A DNA stretch of 23,963 bases from Eledone cirrhosa (Eukaryota): positions 1-23,963 of the forward strand of contig CAXHJY010000014.1 of assembly GCA_964016885.1 (NCBI GenBank). Direction: 5' to 3'. Below are positions 22,470 through 23,963 of the stretch, piece after piece. The notes below the pieces were generated by a model, which saw only the letters and a list, made by a program, of their open reading frames with translations, was not told the origin of the DNA and ran no database searches. Within the stretch, counting starts at the first letter, position 1. The number at the start of each line of letters is the position of its first letter. Position numbers and translations under genes: made by a program.

Positions 22470-22671
22470 GACAGAAGACAGAGAATAAGAGGGACTTTAT
22501 GTTGATGTCACAATGTCGAAATCCTTTTAGTCATTTACAACAGAGATCTGCAACAAGTGGGCCATTGAGTGGCGGAGGGTCTCCCTGGCGGCAGTTCGAA
22601 TATTTTATATTTAAAATTAGAAACTAAACTATATAATGCGAAGGCTATACTCTGATGGATTCTCTGTTTTG

Positions 22672-22761
<90 letters not shown>

Positions 22762-22790
22762 CGCATATATAAATATATATATATATATTT

Positions 22791-22944
22791 ATTAAAATAA
22801 CATTAAGGTGTGAAAGCAGCGATTCTTTGCTTAAACTTTAATCTGTCATTTTAATAAATATTTGCTCTACGGTTCTTATATATTTGATATATATTTATCC
22901 TTATCGAGCCCTCTTTGGATTTTAGTCTTCAAATTTATTATTAT

Positions 22945-22948
<4 letters not shown>
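22791..22948 (+). mobile_element. Decayed HHR-type element between (TA)n tracts
   Basis: Stem I ATTAAAATAACA(22791-802)/TGTCATTTTAAT(22844-55) pairs 11/12. It encloses decayed core positions (TTAAGG...TAAAC...ATC). Followed by AATAAA and a GCTC...GAGCCCTC tail. Confidence 0.45.
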
Positions 22949-23032
<84 letters not shown>

Positions 23033-23144
23033 ATATATATGTATATATATATATTCATTTTTTCTTTAAGTACTTATTCATTTATTTAATATGTATTTAC
23101 TACTTTGCAAGATGCATCTAGAGTAACACGAGGAAAGAGGAGAA

Positions 23145-23203
<59 letters not shown>

Positions 23204-23392
23204 CACACATGCATACATATGTAAATAAAAGAGGAGAGATATTTGTAAAATAATCCCTTAAGCATCTGTGGACCGTTTACATGAAGTTAAGTTTCCAGGA
23301 TTACGTAAATACATATGTATACATGTGTTACATGATATATATATGAATATACATACATACATATATACACGTATATATATATGTATATATAT

Positions 23393-23471
<79 letters not shown>

Positions 23472-23557
23472 ATACATATATGATATACATATATGTATAT
23501 ATGCATATGTATATATACTACCAAAATTAGATTAAATATGCCATATATACACACTAT

Positions 23558-23590
<33 letters not shown>

Positions 23591-23774
23591 CATCATATGA
23601 TCTATGGGTATTCTGTTATTAACGGACCCAGTCGTAATTACATAATGTTTCTTTTAATTAATCTTCAGATTCCTTAAGGATTTAGATCACTTTACCTGAC
23701 ACAACATTAACTTGTAGAACTTCCATATCGACAGAAAGTTGAGTCTTCAGGTCTGCCTTAGTATGGAGGTTTGT

Positions 23775-23963
23775 ATGTCTGTGTGTGTGTGTGTGTTTCT
23801 ATGGTGTGTCTGTGTTTCTATGTGTGTGTGTCTGTGTTTCTATGTGTGTGTGTCTGTGTTTCTATGTGTGTGTCTGTCTTTCTATGTGTGTGTCTGTCTT
23901 TCTATGTGTGTGTGTCTGTGTTTCTATGAGTGTGTCTGTCTTTCTATGTGTGTGTGTGTGTCT
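23775..23963. repeat. About 20-22-bp minisatellite derived from (GT)n (TGTGTGTCTGTSTTTCTA), runs off the window
   Basis: Direct reading. Confidence 0.93.

Overview
Eukaryotic, AT-rich, microsatellite-saturated non-coding DNA. The SINE fragments and (TA)n/(CA)n density resemble octopus (coleoid cephalopod) genomes; this assignment is from recall, not a search. No convincing protein-coding gene is present, and nearly all ORF-track entries are translations of simple repeats. Main contents: a 5-kb two-variant hexamer satellite (TAGTGG/TAGTGT), a 72-bp minisatellite, several tRNA-derived SINE remnants and many microsatellites. The most interesting signal is a set of short (about 50-500 bp), sequence-diverse islands embedded in (TA)n tracts. 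Several carry type I hammerhead ribozyme (HHR) motifs: one nearly canonical (14427-14479), one with a single core change (20825-20902), one minimal (21311-21342, minus), plus 3'-half or decayed copies. They share conserved 3' tail motifs and are repeatedly preceded by an inverted copy of themselves (perfect palindromes or long inverted repeats). This fits pseudo-LTR remnants of Penelope-like retroelements or retrozyme-like non-autonomous elements that target TA microsatellites.
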